Counted from the stretch's first letter, positions 1 through 9,674 are shown. The stretch: 64,000 nt of DNA from an uncultured Candidatus Sumerlaeota bacterium (GCA_964598765.1 CAZRCZ010000016.1:50595-114594); one strand, 5' to 3'. The notes: generated by a model not told the origin, from the sequence alone. Numbers and translations: made by a program.

Positions 1-116
1 TCAACTCCGCCAGTTAAACGACGTAAAGGGCGCGAGGATATCATGCAAGGAAGCGCTGAGCTATATGCCCAATGACCGGGCACTGAAGCAATTTTATGAA
101 AATCTTCGGAAGGAGC

Positions 117-1025
117 CTATCGAATGATCGCCGCGTCGAGGTGAGGTTTGAGGATCATGGCCTCGGCTGAGAAATTCATTCCGCGCACGGCAGTCCGCAT
201 GGCGGCGGAAACCTCTTGGGCTTTGGCCTCTCCCCAACAAAAGGCCGCCATCGTCGGTCCGGCTCCGCTCAAATAAACCGCCGAGGCTCCGGCTTTTTTC
301 GCGGCGAACCGGATCGCGTCGTAACCCTTGATGAATTTCTTGCGGTAAGGCTCGTGAAGCCGATCTTCCAACGCCAAGTTCAATTGCGCTTGTTTTCCGG
401 AGGTCAGGGCATCGAAGACCAAAGGAACGCGCGTGAGATTAAAAACCGCGTCGCGGTGAGGAATCATCTTCGGAATCGCGCGTCGCGCCTTCTCGGTCGA
501 AAGCGGATAATCGGGAACCAGCAACGCCACTCGCCAAGCGCGGTGCGGTTTGGCGCGCAGAGCCAACACGCGCGAATCGGTGCGCATCGCCGCCGTCAGT
601 CCTCCCAAAAACGCGGGCGCGACGTTGTCCGGATGCCCCTCTTCCTCGGTCATCAACGCGAGAAGTTCGTCATTCGTGAAGCGGTTTTCCAACCATGCGT
701 TGGCCGTCATGGCCCCCGCGACAATTGCCGTCGCGGAGGACCCCAATCCGCGGGACATCGGGACGTTTCCGCGAACTTCAACCGCAAGAGGCGGCGGATT
801 TTTTTTCGCCGCCGCGAACACCCGGCGATACGCCGAAAAGAAAACGTTTTCGCTTCCCTTCAGCCCTTCGCACGTTCCCGTGCCGCCGATGCGATTGGGT
901 CCCTTCGCCAAGGGCGTGATCTGGAAAACATTGAAAAGTTTCAGCGCCATGCCCAACCCATCGAAGCCGGGACCGAGATTGGCCGTCGTGGCCGGAACGC
1001 GAATGGTCAGGGGACGGAGCGGCAT
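117..1025 (-). CDS. thrB: homoserine kinase
   Basis: GHMP-kinase motif PATTANLGPGFD near the N-terminus and GLGSSA phosphate-binding loop. Start taken at the internal Met (MPLRPLTIRVPATTANLGPGFD), which abuts the hisH stop. Confidence 0.85.
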   Translation of the reverse strand: MPLRPLTIRVPATTANLGPGFDGLGMALKLFNVFQITPLAKGPNRIGGTGTCEGLKGSENVFFSAYRRVFAAAKKNPPPLAVEVRGNVPMSRGLGSSATAIVAGAMTANAWLENRFTNDELLALMTEEEGHPDNVAPAFLGGLTAAMRTDSRVLALRAKPHRAWRVALLVPDYPLSTEKARRAIPKMIPHRDAVFNLTRVPLVFDALTSGKQAQLNLALEDRLHEPYRKKFIKGYDAIRFAAKKAGASAVYLSGAGPTMAAFCWGEAKAQEVSAAMRTAVRGMNFSAEAMILKPHLDAAIIR

Positions 1026-1027
1026 GA

Positions 1028-1633
1028 TTATAATTCCGCGAAATTCCGCAGAAGTTTCAATCCCCACGTCTGGCTTTTTTCGGGGTGGAATTGCGTGGCG
1101 AAGATGTTCCTCTTCTCAATCGCCGCGGGGAACGTCTCGCCGTAATCGCAGACGGCGGCGATCGTTCCGGCGTCCTTCCCTTGAGGGCGGACGTAATAAG
1201 AGTGGACGAAATAAAAATGCGGGTCGTCGGGAATTCCGCGAAAGAGCGCGGAGCCGTTTTCCCGCCGGATCGTGTTCCAACCCATGTGTGGGATTTTGAG
1301 TCCCGGCTTGAACTTCGGCACGCTTCCCTTGACCAATCCCAAACCCCGCTCGTCGGGCGATTCCTCGCTCGTCTCGGCCAAAATCTGCATTCCGACGCAT
1401 ATGCCGAGAAACGGCCTTCCCGTCGCGACGAAATTTTGAATCGCCGACTCCAATCCGCGCGAGCGGACGCCGCGCACACACTCCCCAAACGCGCCGACGC
1501 CGGGCAGGATCAACCGGTCGGCGGTTTCGATTTCGCGGGGATCGCTCGTGATCTTGTTGGGCGCGCCGAGATGATCCAGCGCCTTGGAGACGCTTCTCAA
1601 ATTTCCCATGCCGTAGTCAACAATGGCGATCAT
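1028..1633 (-). CDS. hisH: imidazole glycerol phosphate synthase glutamine amidotransferase subunit HisH
   Basis: MIAIVDYGMGNLRSV N-terminus, catalytic Cys in GICVGMQ, and the HPEKS C-terminal motif typical of class I GATase HisH. Confidence 0.85.
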   Translation of the reverse strand: MIAIVDYGMGNLRSVSKALDHLGAPNKITSDPREIETADRLILPGVGAFGECVRGVRSRGLESAIQNFVATGRPFLGICVGMQILAETSEESPDERGLGLVKGSVPKFKPGLKIPHMGWNTIRRENGSALFRGIPDDPHFYFVHSYYVRPQGKDAGTIAAVCDYGETFPAAIEKRNIFATQFHPEKSQTWGLKLLRNFAEL

Positions 1634-1675
1634 TGGCCGTATCTCCCGCATCCTTCAAATCGAAACCAGTAAACC

Positions 1676-2200
1676 TCAAACGCCATGTTCGCGCAAGTAT
1701 CGCTCCGCTTCATCGCGTATTGCTCGGTCCAATTCTTGTTTCGCGGTCTCGACTACGCCTGCGGGATCAAGCGCATGATAAAGATCGGGAGGACTGGCAT
1801 AGGATAGAGAATTCAAGTCAAAGAGCCGCGCTATGTCCAATGCCTGACCAGCGTAATGTTCGGTCGGGAGAAAGCCAGATGCTTGTTCATAAATCCCGAC
1901 GATTTCTCTCGCTCCCCCTTGCGGGGAGACGTTACCGTCCACAATACATCCCGCCCAAAAGCGGGTGAGAATATCCGCGGCTTCAATCGGTTCGGGTATT
2001 TTTAGATTCAGTTCTTTGAGGGACTTTCTCGCTTGGCTCTCGACTTCAAACACATTGTAGTGATCTGGATTTTCGCCTGCCAGAATTCGGAGGTGAGTCG
2101 AATCGTTACCTTTCTCAAGAGCCTCCATTGCCGCTTCGATTAAGAACGGGCAAGGAGCCAACCCAAGAACGTATGTCGCGTAGTGCTCTTGAAAATTCAC
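1676..2200 (-). CDS. hypothetical protein
   Basis: 174-aa ORF with no recognisable motif. Local GC is slightly lower than the flanks. First gene of a small accessory islet between hisH and hemW. Confidence 0.5.
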   Translation of the reverse strand: MNFQEHYATYVLGLAPCPFLIEAAMEALEKGNDSTHLRILAGENPDHYNVFEVESQARKSLKELNLKIPEPIEAADILTRFWAGCIVDGNVSPQGGAREIVGIYEQASGFLPTEHYAGQALDIARLFDLNSLSYASPPDLYHALDPAGVVETAKQELDRAIRDEAERYLREHGV

Positions 2201-2236
2201 AGGAGCGTTTCCTGTCCCGGGATTGCGAGATTCGCG

Positions 2237-2530
2237 TCATCCCCGCTCGACCAGTTGCCGCGTGACGTATTTGTGGAGCACGCTGGCCATGAGCGTCTGG
2301 TAGGGGATGCCCGCCTCCAGCGCCCGGCTCTGAATGCCGGTCAGGTCGTCGGAGGAAATGCGGATATTGACCCTTTTGTCCTTGGCCATCCGGCGGAGCG
2401 TATTGCGGGCGTATTGGCGGTGTTTCCTGATTTCTTGCTCCTGATTCGGAAGCAGACGCAACTTCCCGCGCTCAAACGCTCTCAAAATGTCACGCTCTTC
2501 GGCGTCCAACCTAAGGTTCCGTTTTCGCAT
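2237..2530 (-). CDS. BrnA-family (CopG/RHH-like) antitoxin
   Basis: C-terminal ...VNIRISSDDLTGIQSRALEAGIPYQTLMASVLHKYVTRQL matches the BrnA antitoxin pattern (IPYQTL...LHKY). Immediately downstream of the BrnT gene with a 1-bp gap. Confidence 0.7.
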   Translation of the reverse strand: MRKRNLRLDAEERDILRAFERGKLRLLPNQEQEIRKHRQYARNTLRRMAKDKRVNIRISSDDLTGIQSRALEAGIPYQTLMASVLHKYVTRQLVERG

Positions 2531-2531
2531 G

Positions 2532-2807
2532 TTATTCCCCTCTCAGATATTTCTTGGTTGCCTTCCGGCTTGGAATGATGGTTTTCAAAAAGCGCTCAAT
2601 CCCTTCTTCCACGAACGGAACGATGTGAGCATATCCTTCTATGTTGACGATCAGAATATGCTGGTTGGGATACTTGGACTGATGAGGATTCTCCGTCGTG
2701 GCGACAACGTTTCCCAATTCGATTTGAATCACCACTTCCTCGAAGCTAATGCCGCGATTCTTCTTCAACCATTCGTTCATTGCCTCATTCCACCGATAAT
2801 GGATCAT
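2532..2807 (-). CDS. BrnT-family toxin (DUF497 ribonuclease)
   Basis: 91 aa, MIHYRWNEAMNEWLKKNRGISFEEV... is a DUF497/BrnT-like N-terminus. Toxin-first gene order followed by a BrnA-like gene. Confidence 0.7.
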   Translation of the reverse strand: MIHYRWNEAMNEWLKKNRGISFEEVVIQIELGNVVATTENPHQSKYPNQHILIVNIEGYAHIVPFVEEGIERFLKTIIPSRKATKKYLRGE

Positions 2808-2846
2808 AGTCTTGAAGGTAATCCAACGTGTGCTTTATGGCAACGA

Positions 2847-3281
2847 TTAGTTTATTGCGGATTCGGAGGGATAAGATTGAATCATGCACGATTTTAATCC
2901 GGACGTGGCCTCATGGTCCAAATCCAAACTGTCCGGGTATTGCAAATAGTAGATTGTCTCCGTCATGGGACCGGAGATCGGCGCGGAGCATTTCTTGCAT
3001 CGCGCCGGATTGGAAAATTTCCACCGGCCTCCGTGGGGCGCCGGTTTCAGCCTCTCCTCAAGCGCAAGCCTTTGCGATTGGGTCAGCGCCCACGGATGTT
3101 TTCCGGGAAACAGTTGCCTAAATTTTGCGTCGAACGAACTCCAGATCAACGTCATTGTTCCGGCGTCGTTGTAGCGAAAACCTTGATTACCAAAACCGGC
3201 GTGAAATGCGTAGGGTTGATCGAAAACGTTTTCGTAACCGCAGGCTTTGCACCGGATTGTCAGCTTCTTCTTCTCGGACAT
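2847..3281 (-). CDS. zinc-ribbon-containing hypothetical protein
   Basis: CKACG ... CKKC cysteine pairs suggest a zinc ribbon. No other homology recognised. Confidence 0.45.
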   Translation of the reverse strand: MSEKKKLTIRCKACGYENVFDQPYAFHAGFGNQGFRYNDAGTMTLIWSSFDAKFRQLFPGKHPWALTQSQRLALEERLKPAPHGGRWKFSNPARCKKCSAPISGPMTETIYYLQYPDSLDLDHEATSGLKSCMIQSYPSESAIN

Positions 3282-3635
3282 GAGAAAAGGATTTCCTTAT
3301 CGGCGAGCCAATGCGATCCCTTCAATATCTCGCTCTTTCCTTTCGGCGAATCGCCGAATACCGTATCATACGGTTTTGTCGGGGAATGACCAAGGGAAAG
3401 AAACGACTTATGTTTGCGATTGTGATTTTCCGAGAATTGAGAAACCGCCAAGCCGCCAAGAACGCCAAGCAAGAGAGCACGGATTTCACGGATGGCACGG
3501 ATCGGACTGAGACGACGTCGTGAGACATTTATCAATCCGCAATCCGCAATTCAAAGTCCGCAACCGATTCCGTTCTTGGCGACCTTGGCGTCATGGCGGT
3601 TGGCTCCATGATGGATCAAATGATGGGGGGATGCG

Positions 3636-4832
3636 ATGACGATGCAACCGCGTTTGCCCGCCGGAATTTATATCCACTGGCCTTTCTGCGCCCGCAAGTG
3701 TCCTTATTGCGATTTCTACACGTTCGGGCGGGAGCATCAAAATTTCGGGAAGGCCGGGCGTTATCTTGAAAGGTTGCTGGAGGAAATCCGGGCATATCCG
3801 AGACAACCGGACTGTGCCGAAGAGCCGGATGCCGAAACGATCTATTTCGGCGGCGGGACACCGAGCCTCATGGAACCGCGCGAATTGGGCGCGATTCTCG
3901 ACGCGTTGCGCGGCGTTTTTTGTCTCGCGCCCGATTCGGAAATCACGCTCGAAGTCAATCCCACCGCCGCCGAGGCCGAACGTCTGGCTCCGGCGTTGGA
4001 GTTGGGCGTCAATCGCCTGAGCGTCGGGGTTCAATCATTCAACGACCGCCTCCTGAAAATTTTGGGTCGCGATCACGACGCGCAATCGGCGCGGCGCGTT
4101 CTGGATTTGATTCGACGGATCGGTTGCGAGAACGTCTCGGTTGATCTGATGTTCGGTCTTCCCGATCAATCGCTCGCCGATTTCCAAGCCGACGTAGAGA
4201 AAGCGTTGTCGTTCTCACCGGAGCACTTGTCAGTTTACGGTTTGACCCTGCACGAAGGAACGCCGTTCAAACGATGGCGGGATGAAGGCAAATTGAATTT
4301 GCCCGATCCTGAAATCGAAGCGGCGCAACTTGAGTGGTTGATCGGGCGCATGGAAAATGCGGGTTATGTTCACTATGAAATTTCAAACTGGGCGCGATCC
4401 GGGCGCGAGAGCCGCCACAATTCCAAATACTGGCGGCAATGCGACATTCACGCTTTTGGGGTTTCGGCGCACGGCGTCCGAAGCGGACATCGCTACGCCC
4501 ATGCCCGCGATCTTGACGCTTATCTTCGTGGGAAAATCGCCTCCCAACCTTACGAGATAACTCAAGAAAACGGATCGCGTTCGGTCCGTTCCGTTGCGGG
4601 GGAAGTAATGATGCTCGCCCTGCGGCGAATCGGCGGAACGACTTGGTCGGAACTGGACGCATGGATCGAGGCGACGGCCAACCCGTGGCCGACGGACGGG
4701 ATTCGATCCTTCTACCAAAACGAATTGAAGCAATTGGAAGAGATCGGTTGGATCGAAACCGACGCCGATCGGCTTCGTCTGAGCCGCCGGGGAATCCTGT
4801 TTGCCGACAGCGTCATGGAGAAATTTTTTTGA
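3636..4832 (+). CDS. hemW: radical SAM heme chaperone HemW (oxygen-independent coproporphyrinogen-III oxidase-like)
   Basis: IYIHWPFCARKCPYCDF has the CxxxCxxC radical-SAM motif preceded by the HemW-type IYIH motif. Also YFGGGTPS, and the ~400-aa length. Confidence 0.85.
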   Translation: MTMQPRLPAGIYIHWPFCARKCPYCDFYTFGREHQNFGKAGRYLERLLEEIRAYPRQPDCAEEPDAETIYFGGGTPSLMEPRELGAILDALRGVFCLAPDSEITLEVNPTAAEAERLAPALELGVNRLSVGVQSFNDRLLKILGRDHDAQSARRVLDLIRRIGCENVSVDLMFGLPDQSLADFQADVEKALSFSPEHLSVYGLTLHEGTPFKRWRDEGKLNLPDPEIEAAQLEWLIGRMENAGYVHYEISNWARSGRESRHNSKYWRQCDIHAFGVSAHGVRSGHRYAHARDLDAYLRGKIASQPYEITQENGSRSVRSVAGEVMMLALRRIGGTTWSELDAWIEATANPWPTDGIRSFYQNELKQLEEIGWIETDADRLRLSRRGILFADSVMEKFF

Positions 4833-5968
4833 ATCCCCGCTCCCCGACTTCGATTTCCAAGCGAATTCTTTTTTCCGTCCTCGCCTGCGTTTTGTTTCTG
4901 ATTCTTCTGGAGGGACTATGTGGTTGGGCGTGGTTGCCTTGGGATTACATCGCTTGGCGCAAAAGCAAACCTTCCGCCGTTTCCTTTAAGGAAGATTACC
5001 ATTGTCGCTACGATTCGGAAATCGGATGGGTCCAAATTCCCGGCAAGAAGATTCCCGATCTTTACGGTCCGGGCAAATCCGTCACGATCAATCAAGCGGG
5101 CTTTCGCGGGTTGCGCGACAACCCGATCCCAAAACCGCCGGGCAAATTTCGGGTCGTTTGCCTTGGCGATTCCTTCACGCTCGGATACGGCGTGGACGAC
5201 GCGAATAGTTATCCCGCCCAACTTGAATCGCTCCATCCAGAAATCGAGGCGATCAACATGGGCCAAGGGGGCTATTCGATTGGGCAATGTTGGCAGTGGT
5301 TCAAGCGTGACGGCGAAAAACTCGACGCCGATCTTCTCCTTTTCGCCTTCATCGTGGATGACATCAGCCGGATGTTGAACGACCGGACCGCCAACGGCTA
5401 TTGGCTTCCCAAGTTCCACCTGAGGGAAGGCCACATCGTCGTGGAAAATCTTCCGATCCCTCCCAAAACCAAAACCGGCGGCCGGATGTTCGTAACAGGG
5501 GAAACGCTTCAGTTCCTCGGCGAACATGGCGGATTTCTGCGCGCCGTGGCAAAGCTGGTCCCTTCGCGCAAGACCCATCCGGACGAATTGAACGACGAGC
5601 GCTTCAAGGAGTTGATCGAATTGACGCTGGCGTTCTTCGGCGAATTGGACCGGATGCAAAAAGCCAAGGGAAAAAGCTTCGCGTTGGTCCAAATGCCGGA
5701 ATTGCGCGATTTTTCCGACGAGGGAAGCGTCAAGACTTATCTTTTTATCGCGGGCGTTGTGAAGGATTTCGCGACGACGAACAACATCCCCTATCTCGAT
5801 CTGCGCGAGGCCTTCGAGGCCGTTGGGCTGGACCGGATTCCGGCTCTCTATCTCGATGAGCCATGGCATCATTTCAGCGAGAAGGGAAATCGGCTTGTCG
5901 CGGAAACCATTGCCAACCGACTGCTTTCAGACGAAACGGCTGTTGCAAAGGGAGGGAAAACCCCTTGA
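4829..5968 (+). CDS. membrane-anchored SGNH/GDSL hydrolase family protein
   Basis: N-terminal TM segment (ILFSVLACVLFLILLEGLCGWAW), GDSL block FRVVCLGDSFTLGYGV, and C-terminal D..HH block. Start proposed at TTG 4829, overlapping the hemW stop (TTGA). Confidence 0.7.
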   Translation: MNPRSPTSISKRILFSVLACVLFLILLEGLCGWAWLPWDYIAWRKSKPSAVSFKEDYHCRYDSEIGWVQIPGKKIPDLYGPGKSVTINQAGFRGLRDNPIPKPPGKFRVVCLGDSFTLGYGVDDANSYPAQLESLHPEIEAINMGQGGYSIGQCWQWFKRDGEKLDADLLLFAFIVDDISRMLNDRTANGYWLPKFHLREGHIVVENLPIPPKTKTGGRMFVTGETLQFLGEHGGFLRAVAKLVPSRKTHPDELNDERFKELIELTLAFFGELDRMQKAKGKSFALVQMPELRDFSDEGSVKTYLFIAGVVKDFATTNNIPYLDLREAFEAVGLDRIPALYLDEPWHHFSEKGNRLVAETIANRLLSDETAVAKGGKTP

Positions 5969-7083
5969 GTCTCAAAAAGCGGTTTCTCTTCAGCATTGTC
6001 GCCGTGGCGATGGGATTGGTTCTTCTCGAAGGAATATGTCGCCTCATCTTTCTTATTCCGGACTACCGCACTTACCGGCAATCGAAACCGCGCGCGATTG
6101 AAATGAAGGAAGACCGTCACACGCGCTACAATTCCGAGCTGGGGTGGGAGCATATTCCGGGGAAGAGAATCCCGGATTTTTACGGCGAGGGACGAAACCT
6201 CACGATCAATTCACAGGGGTTTCGCGGACTGAGTGAAATCTCCCCTCAAACACCGCCCGACAAGTATCGGGTTGTTTGTCTCGGAGATTCCTTCACGCTG
6301 GGCTACGGTGTCGGCGATGAAGACACGTATCCCGCGAAACTAGAGGGAATCAATCCCGCCGTTCAGACGGTCAACATGGGTCAGGCGGCATATTCCGTCG
6401 GTCAATGTTTCCTTTGGTTGAAACGCGAAATCACGCGGATGGACTCCGATTTCATTTTGTTCGCATTGATTCCCAATGACCTAGACCGCATGGCATCGGA
6501 CCGGCTTCCCAATGGATACGCGACTCCATCGTTTAAGTTGCGCGAGGGGCGAATTGAAGTGGGCAATCAGCCGATTCCGGCCAAGATCGAAACCAACGCC
6601 CCGATGCTCCAACGCGGGGACTTCTTGCGATTTCTTGCACAAGATGATCCCGTCGCGCGTTCCGTGGCCTTGGTGATTCCGCGAGACGTTCGCGGAGGAA
6701 ATTCCGCTTTCGTCCAAAGCGAGGAGTTGATGAACGTGTCGCTGGCGATATTCGCCGCAACGCGCGATCTCGCGCGTGAGGGCCGCGCGGGATTCGGCGT
6801 GGTTCTCTTCCCCACGCTTGACGACATCCGAGAATCCAACAATCAATCCTCCTACTTCTTCCTTGCGGGAAGGATCCGGAGCTTTGCGAGGGTGCTAAAT
6901 ATCCCCTTTCTTGACATGCGCCCCGCCTTCATTCGGGAGGGAAAGGAAAAGGCCGCAGGGTTTTATTTGGACGAGGAATTCCATCACCTCAATCCGGCGG
7001 GGACGGCCTTCGTTGCCGGGCAAATCAATCAATGGCTCAAGGAATCGGTTCCCGGGTATCCCGGTTCAGGCGGAAAAAAATGA
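5965..7083 (+). CDS. membrane-anchored SGNH/GDSL hydrolase family protein (tandem paralog)
   Basis: Same architecture and about 50% identity to the preceding gene (YRVVCLGDSFTLGYGVGD; EEFHHLNPAG). Start proposed at TTG 5965, again a TTGA start/stop overlap. Confidence 0.7.
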   Translation: MSLKKRFLFSIVAVAMGLVLLEGICRLIFLIPDYRTYRQSKPRAIEMKEDRHTRYNSELGWEHIPGKRIPDFYGEGRNLTINSQGFRGLSEISPQTPPDKYRVVCLGDSFTLGYGVGDEDTYPAKLEGINPAVQTVNMGQAAYSVGQCFLWLKREITRMDSDFILFALIPNDLDRMASDRLPNGYATPSFKLREGRIEVGNQPIPAKIETNAPMLQRGDFLRFLAQDDPVARSVALVIPRDVRGGNSAFVQSEELMNVSLAIFAATRDLAREGRAGFGVVLFPTLDDIRESNNQSSYFFLAGRIRSFARVLNIPFLDMRPAFIREGKEKAAGFYLDEEFHHLNPAGTAFVAGQINQWLKESVPGYPGSGGKK

Positions 7084-7116
7084 TTTCCATTCCGTCGTGA
7101 GATAGTCTGGCTCGCG

Positions 7117-7890
7117 ATGACCGAGGCTATAGTTCTCAGGACTTCTCCCTACAGCGAATCCACGTTGATCGTCTGGCTCCTGACGCGCGACGAGGGAGTC
7201 GCGCGCGTTCTGGCCAAAGGCGCGCGAAGACTGAAGGGGCGGGTCGCCGCCGCGCTCGATCTCTTCGCCCGCGTCCGGGTCTCGTTGCGCCTGCCCGCCG
7301 CATCGGATGCCTTGGGGATTCTGCGCTCGGTGGATTTGGAGGAATCATGGCTGTATCTGCGGCGCGATTTGAATCGGCTGGCCTTTGCCTCTCTCGGACT
7401 CGAAATCCTTGGCGCGGTGGCGAGTGCCTCGCCACCGGAACCCTGTTTCTTCGAGGAAGCGGCGGATTATCTTGCCAAGCTTGAAACCTCTTCCGCGCCC
7501 GGGTCACTGACGGCTTGCCTGCTTCTGCGCCTTCTTCATCACGCGGGTTACCCTCCGCGATTGGCTGACGTTCTGCGAGGCAAGTCTCTCCCTGCGAAAC
7601 TGGCCTACGATTTCAATGAAGGGACCGTCATCGAGCGAACGCCTTCGGGCGGCGCGGATCGAAGCATGGCCTTACCCCGCTCGCTCGTGGAGCGATTGGT
7701 TCCGTCGCTGGAAACTCCCCCCCGATTGGATCACGGTTTTGTCATCCCATCCAAAGAAGGCTCCGCGCTGTTGCGCTGGTTGATTCGGATTTGGGAGGAC
7801 CACCTCAATCAAAAAATTCAATCCGCCGAATTTATGGAGAAGACGATTTTGAATTCCGCTCCGACGGTTCCGCGATCCGGCGATGAATAA
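7117..7890 (+). CDS. recO: DNA repair protein RecO
   Basis: N-terminal OB-fold signature EAIVLRTSPYSESTLIVWLLTRDEG and ~250-aa length typical of RecO. Confidence 0.8.
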   Translation: MTEAIVLRTSPYSESTLIVWLLTRDEGVARVLAKGARRLKGRVAAALDLFARVRVSLRLPAASDALGILRSVDLEESWLYLRRDLNRLAFASLGLEILGAVASASPPEPCFFEEAADYLAKLETSSAPGSLTACLLLRLLHHAGYPPRLADVLRGKSLPAKLAYDFNEGTVIERTPSGGADRSMALPRSLVERLVPSLETPPRLDHGFVIPSKEGSALLRWLIRIWEDHLNQKIQSAEFMEKTILNSAPTVPRSGDE

Positions 7891-9439
7891 CGAAGCTAAA
7901 AAATCGGGCGGCGCATTCGCGACGTTCGCCCGCCGCCATTGGTTGACGGCGGCGTTGATCGTCGAGTTCGCGGTGGTCGTCGTTGTCAACGCATGGGTCT
8001 GCGACGACGCCTACATCAGCTTCCGCACCGTGGATAATTTCGTTCACGGCCGCGGCTTGCGATGGAACATTGACGAGCGGGTCCAGACTTACACGCATCC
8101 TCTTTGGATGTTGCTGGTGTCGGTCTTCTATTTTTTCACCCGCGAGCCTTATTTTACGAGCCTCGCGCTTTCGTTCGTCTTTTCAGTGGGCACGGTTGCT
8201 TTGGTTGCGTTCGCAATCGCGGAAACGCCGCTCTCGACCATCCCCATTCTTCTAATCCTGACCGTCTCCAAGGCGTTCGTGGATTATTCGACTTCCGGAT
8301 TGGAGAACGCCCTCACCCATTTTCTGCTCGCTCTATTTTTCTTCGGACTGTTGAGGTTCCGCCCGCGAATCAAAACCCTTTTCCTTCTTTCAATAATCGC
8401 CTCGCTGGCGGGGACGAACCGGATGGACGCGCTTCTCATTTTTCTGCCTCCGGTGATCTATTCATTCGCGCGGATCCGTTCCTTCAAGGCTTTTGGCATC
8501 ATGACTTCGGGTTTCGTTCCCTTTGTCGCGTGGGAAATCTTTTCTCTCATTTATTATGGGTTCCCATTTCCCAACACGGCTTACGCGAAACTTGGCGCGG
8601 GAATTCCGGCGTTGGAGCTGGCAAATCGGGGGCTTTATTATCTTCTGAATTCCATTCGCCTCGATCCCATCACGTTGCTTGCCATCGTGGGAGGAATGAT
8701 CGCCGCGGGATTAAGCGGCGACGGCCCGGCGCGGTCCCTCACGCTTGGGATCATACTCCATCTGCTTTACGTCGTTCGGATCGGCGGGGATTTCATGAGC
8801 GGGCGATTCCTTGCGGCTCCGTTGCTCTGTTCAGTCATCCTGCTTTCCCGGCGGGAACTGTCGGCGCGGACCTGCGTCGTCGCCGCGACTGCCGTCGCAA
8901 TTCTCGGATTGCTCAATCCTCTTTCCCCGATCCGAAGCGGTCCGAATTATCCTCCAAGCCGGGACCGCCTCATTGAGGCGCGGGGCGTATCCGACGAGCG
9001 GGGCTATTACTATCCGATGACCGGATTGTTGCGCTTGGGGCCGGAGTTTGAAATGCCCAAGCTTGTCCGTGCCGCCGCCCTGCATCAATCCCGCCGCGAA
9101 CCAAGGAAAGTCGCCGTCGAGTCCGCCATCGGCTTTGCCGGCTACAACGACGGTCCGTGGGTTCATCTGATTGACCCATGGGCGATTGCCGATCCGCTCA
9201 TGGCGCGATTGCCCGCCGTCGCGGGTGAAGTTTGGCGCCCGGCTCATTTTCGGCGCGAAATTCCGACCGGATACCTAGAAACCCTAGAATCAGGCGAGAA
9301 CCGAATCCAAGTCGCAAACTTGGCTCTCTATTACGACAAGCTTAGGTTGGTTACCCAAGGTTCGTTGTGGAATCGGGAACGTTGGATCACGATTGCCAAG
9401 TTGAATTTTGGAGCCTTTGACCGGTTTCTTACGGAATGA
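7883..9439 (+). CDS. polytopic membrane protein, GT-C-type glycosyltransferase (arabinofuranosyl/mannosyl-transferase-like)
   Basis: About 10 predicted TM helices. A DD motif (VCDDAYISFR) in the first extracytoplasmic loop right after TM1 is the hallmark of GT-C glycosyltransferases. Confidence 0.55.
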   Translation: MNNEAKKSGGAFATFARRHWLTAALIVEFAVVVVVNAWVCDDAYISFRTVDNFVHGRGLRWNIDERVQTYTHPLWMLLVSVFYFFTREPYFTSLALSFVFSVGTVALVAFAIAETPLSTIPILLILTVSKAFVDYSTSGLENALTHFLLALFFFGLLRFRPRIKTLFLLSIIASLAGTNRMDALLIFLPPVIYSFARIRSFKAFGIMTSGFVPFVAWEIFSLIYYGFPFPNTAYAKLGAGIPALELANRGLYYLLNSIRLDPITLLAIVGGMIAAGLSGDGPARSLTLGIILHLLYVVRIGGDFMSGRFLAAPLLCSVILLSRRELSARTCVVAATAVAILGLLNPLSPIRSGPNYPPSRDRLIEARGVSDERGYYYPMTGLLRLGPEFEMPKLVRAAALHQSRREPRKVAVESAIGFAGYNDGPWVHLIDPWAIADPLMARLPAVAGEVWRPAHFRREIPTGYLETLESGENRIQVANLALYYDKLRLVTQGSLWNRERWITIAKLNFGAFDRFLTE

Positions 9440-9506
9440 GCATCCCCATTGCTGTAGGGGATTCCCTGACACGCCAATGAGGACAATATACTACACTTAA
9501 AATATA

Positions 9507-9535
9507 ATTATCGGCTTGACAGGGGATAAACTTTA
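9507..9535 (+). promoter_or_regulatory. conserved promoter-like motif TTATCGGCTTGACA-N6-AAACTTTA upstream of giant gene 1
   Basis: 14+8 nt identical, with identical 6-nt spacing, to the motif at 14655-14683 upstream of the paralogous giant gene. Contains a perfect TTGACA -35 hexamer. Confidence 0.45.
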
Positions 9536-9674
9536 AGCCACAATCCCCTTCCTCTTAGGGGACGAATCGCGCGTTCAGTTTCCGCGCGGCTAAAGATTCG
9601 AGTAGTGACGAGAAGAGTTTGCTTCTTTCGACCATAGCTATTTTAGAAGGACTTCCCGTATTGGGAACAGGGGT

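Noticed and set aside
3311-3523. 70-aa ORF in the hemW upstream spacer
   Set aside because: No RBS or motif is present. The region contains short direct repeats and is more likely the hemW promoter/leader.
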